From Eledone cirrhosa (Eukaryota), in contig OZ024741.1 in NCBI GenBank assembly GCA_964016885.1, positions 282,100,001 to 282,164,000 of the forward strand: a DNA stretch of 64,000 nucleotides, given 5' to 3'. The notes beneath the pieces were generated by a model. The model searched no databases, was not told the origin of the DNA, and was given only the letters and a program-made list of their open reading frames with translations. Position numbers and translations under genes: made by a program. Below are positions 60,593 through 64,000 of this stretch, in pieces. Every line of letters starts with the position of its first letter. Position 1 is the first letter of the stretch.

Positions 60593-63500
60593 TCATCATC
60601 ATCATCATCATCATCATCATCGTTTAACGTCCATCTTCCACGCTTGCATGGGTTTGGACGGGAGTTTTCCCACTTGAGGCAAGAGTGGTTGTCTTGCTTG
60701 CATAGGACTGTCTGGCGGGTTTTCTACGGCTAGATGCCCTTCCTAACACCAACCACGTTTACAGTGTGGACTGGGAGGTATTTACCGTGTTACCTACACG
60801 GCCACATTACAGTGTGGACTGTGTGTTTTTTTGTCGTGATACCTACACGACCTCATTTGTTTCGGACTGGATGTTGTGGTACCAACATAACTTTACATTG
60901 AAAGGGGTGGTGTAGATGGCGGTGGGGGTAGGGTCGGGGCGGGGGTATATTTTGGTTAAGAGGTGCCTATTGACTGTAGGTTTCACTTTGTACTTAGGCA
61001 AGGCGGGTCTTCTGTATTACTACGTAGCGCCAAAGATCTCGGTCCAGTGACATTGTCTTGGAGAGGTGTAAGTGTGTGAGGTCGGAATTTATGAAGTCGT
61101 CCCAGGTTTTTCTGGGTCTGCCAACTCCGTGGCTACCGTCTATTTTTATTGCCCTGTACATTTTTATACAGCTGTTGTCTTTCATGCGCATCACGTCTCC
61201 ATACCAACGTAGCCTTCTCTCGAGTAAACAACATCTGATCCCTCTTATTTCTAATTTTTCCCTTAGTTCGTTTATGCTTTGCCGTTCACGTATATTACTA
61301 TTACACATCCAGCGGAGCATGCAAGCTTCGTTCCTCTCCAGTCTGCGTAGATCCTCTGCACACAATTCCCAGGTCTCACTGCCATGTAACATTGCTGTTC
61401 GTATGCAGGCATCATACAGCCTGCCTTTCATTTTTAGAGAGAACCCTTTAGCGGCTAATAGTGGTATAAGCTCTCTGAACTTTTTCCATCCAGTTCTGAC
61501 TCTAGCTACTGTACTTTCAGAGCACCCTCCACCACTGCTGATTTTGTCACCCAAGTAACGGAAGGTGTCCACTATTTCTATAGAACCATCTGTGCAATGG
61601 AATGAGCTAGTATTCTGTGGGCACTTGCTGATACTTATTGCACCAGAGCACCAGCCACATATAAAATCTATGTTCTTAGTTAGCGTACCTGTGATCTCAC
61701 TACATCTTTTATGCACCCATACTTTGCATTTGGGACATAAAATGGAGTTTCTGCCTACCCCTTTCCTACACACTGAGCATAGCCATTTCCCAGATGGGAC
61801 CAGTGCCCTATTCTCCTTCCTACATATTAGGACTTTAGTCTTAGACAGGTTAATTTTAAGGCCTTTTGATTCTAGGCCATGCTTCCATGTTTGGAATTTC
61901 TTCTCTAGTTCGGCCATTGATTCAGCTATGAGCATTAGATCATCTGCGTATAGGAGTTCCCATGGGCAGCCGGTCTTGAACTCCACTGTTATAGCCTGAA
62001 GGGCAATAATAAATAGTAGGGGGCTAAGAACAGAGCCCTGATGAACACCAACTTTTACGCTAAACTCTTCACTATATTCATTGTTAATTCTAACTTTGCT
62101 GACTGTTTCTTTATACATGGCTTGTATAGCTCTCACAAGCCATTCATCAACACCTAGTTTTCTAAGAGCCCACCAGATAATGGAACGGGGGACTCTGTCG
62201 AAGGCTTTCTCCAAGTCGATAAAAGCTAAGTATAGAGGTTTACTTTTAGCTAGGTACTTCTCCTGTAGTTGTCGTACAATGAAAAGAGCGTCTGTGGTAC
62301 TTTTACCTGACACAAACCCGAACTGCATTTCATCTAGATCAATTCTCTCTGATTAGTTGCGCTATTACTTTTTCTGTGACCTTCATGACCTGGTCGATTA
62401 ATTTAATGTCTCTATAGTTATTCCTATCTAGGGCATCTCCTTTACCCTTGTAGCAGTTAATGATTATGCTGCTATGCCAGTCCTTCGGAACCACCCCATT
62501 CTGTATGACTTGGTTTACTATCCGGGTGACCATGGTGTGTCCCACCGTTCCAGAAGCTTTCAGCATTTCAGCAACTATTTCCGAAGGCCCAGCCGCCTTA
62601 CCCGTCTTTATATCTTTGATTGCCTTACTTATTATACTACCTTCGACTAACACTGCTGGTCCCTCTATTGGATCGATGTGGGGAGACTGTCTTTCTCCCA
62701 TTTATTCTCCTCATTTAGTAGCCTTTCGTAGTGGCACTTCCAAGCTACCTTCTTATCAGCGTCAGTGATGGCAAGTACACCATCATCATTAAGGACACAC
62801 TTCTTCCCAACAATATCACAGTTTTCCTTGACACATTGCCTAGCAATCCTGAACACCTCACGTTTTTGGTCCTCGCGTTGTAGAACATGCTTGAACTTTC
62901 TTTCCTCTGCTTCCCTTCTTGCGAAGTACACTTGTCTCCTAGCTTCCCTCCTGGCCACTTGATAGTCTTCTCTACTTCCTCCATCCTGCCATACTTTCCA
63001 AGCCTGCTTTTTGGCCTTAATTGACTCCTCCACCTTACTGTTCCACCACCACGTTACTCTCCTCCTGCCTATAGGCCTGCTCCAGCCACAGACTTCGTCT
63101 GCCGACATCAGCAGGTTTGCTTTCAGGAATTCCCACTGTTTTTCTGTATTGTACGACTCTAAATGCTCTTCCTTACTGTCGAAAGCATCAAGTAATATGC
63201 TTTTAAATTTATTACTGGCTGTGGGGTCCTTTAGCTTCCATATTTTTCTCCTGAGGATAGTCTCCTTCTATTGTCGAGTACGTCTCGTCCTGACTATGAG
63301 GTCGCTAATTATCAGTCTATGTTGGGAGGTGCATTCTTCATGGGGGAGGGATTTAGTGTTTACAACAGACACTCTGTCACGTCTTCTGGTAAGGATATAA
63401 TCTACCTGGCTGATATGTTCCCCTGATCTGTAGGTGATCAAGTGATTGTCTCGTTTTTTAAAGTTAGTGTTACAGATAGTTAGGTTATTTGCGTCACAGA

Positions 63501-64000
63501 ATTCCAGGATTCTGGAGCCTTCCTCATTTCTAGTACCAAACCCATAGCCTCCGTGGATTCCGTCATAGCCATCACAATGTTGTCCAACGTGACCATTTAG
63601 GTCGCCAGCAATAATTATATAGTCACTGTCGGTTATTTGGGAGGTAGTGAGCATCAGTGTCTCATAGAATCTGTCTTTTATAGCGCCAGGCAGTCCGGAT
63701 TGGGGGTGTGTAAGCAGATATTACTGTCACAGTAGTTCTATTTAGAACAAGTCTTATTTTAATTATTCTGTCATTCACTCTATTTACGTCTATTATCTTA
63801 TCCACCTATTTTTCTGCTAACACGATTCCTACCCCACACAGTCCATTGTCATTTCTCACCCAGAAAAGCTTATAGCATCGTTTTTTACCCACAATGAATC
63901 TAGCAGACCCGCCCCTCCACCTGGTCTCTTGGATACAGTAAACATCAACCTCCTTACGTTCAAGCATTTCTACAACCTCGTTAGAGCGGCCTTTTAAGGT
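60593..64000 (-). mobile_element. Near full-length RTE LINE running off the window end
   Basis: APE (63268-63654), linker (62665-63108), RT (62339-62701, 60994-62328), 3'UTR and (CAT)n tail. Confidence 0.95.

Overview
AT-rich eukaryotic (animal) DNA made almost entirely of transposable elements and microsatellites; the SINE and RTE repertoire looks cephalopod/mollusc-like (inference). No host protein-coding gene is recognisable. Content: more than 15 RTE-clade LINE copies of two families, CR1/L2-like fragments, three Penelope-like elements (RT and/or GIY-YIG), tRNA-derived SINEs, MITEs (piggyBac, hAT, Tc1/mariner), a Helitron end and a ~900-bp complex satellite. Two structures are not explained by the ORF track. 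(1) About 20 type-I hammerhead-ribozyme motifs from several sequence families, read by eye. They lie in Penelope pseudo-LTRs, in palindromes and in retrozyme-like 320-bp and 370-bp tandem units. Several have non-canonical cores (U3-A8 compensatory pair, U4A, U4C, U3-G8) and covarying helices. (2) A 24-kb segment (17300-41347) bounded by perfect 28-bp GGCACTAC- terminal inverted repeats and an 8-bp TSD, which splits one SINE into two halves; this suggests a giant Merlin-like DNA transposon. All alignments and folds were done by eye, and boundaries of degenerate elements are approximate.
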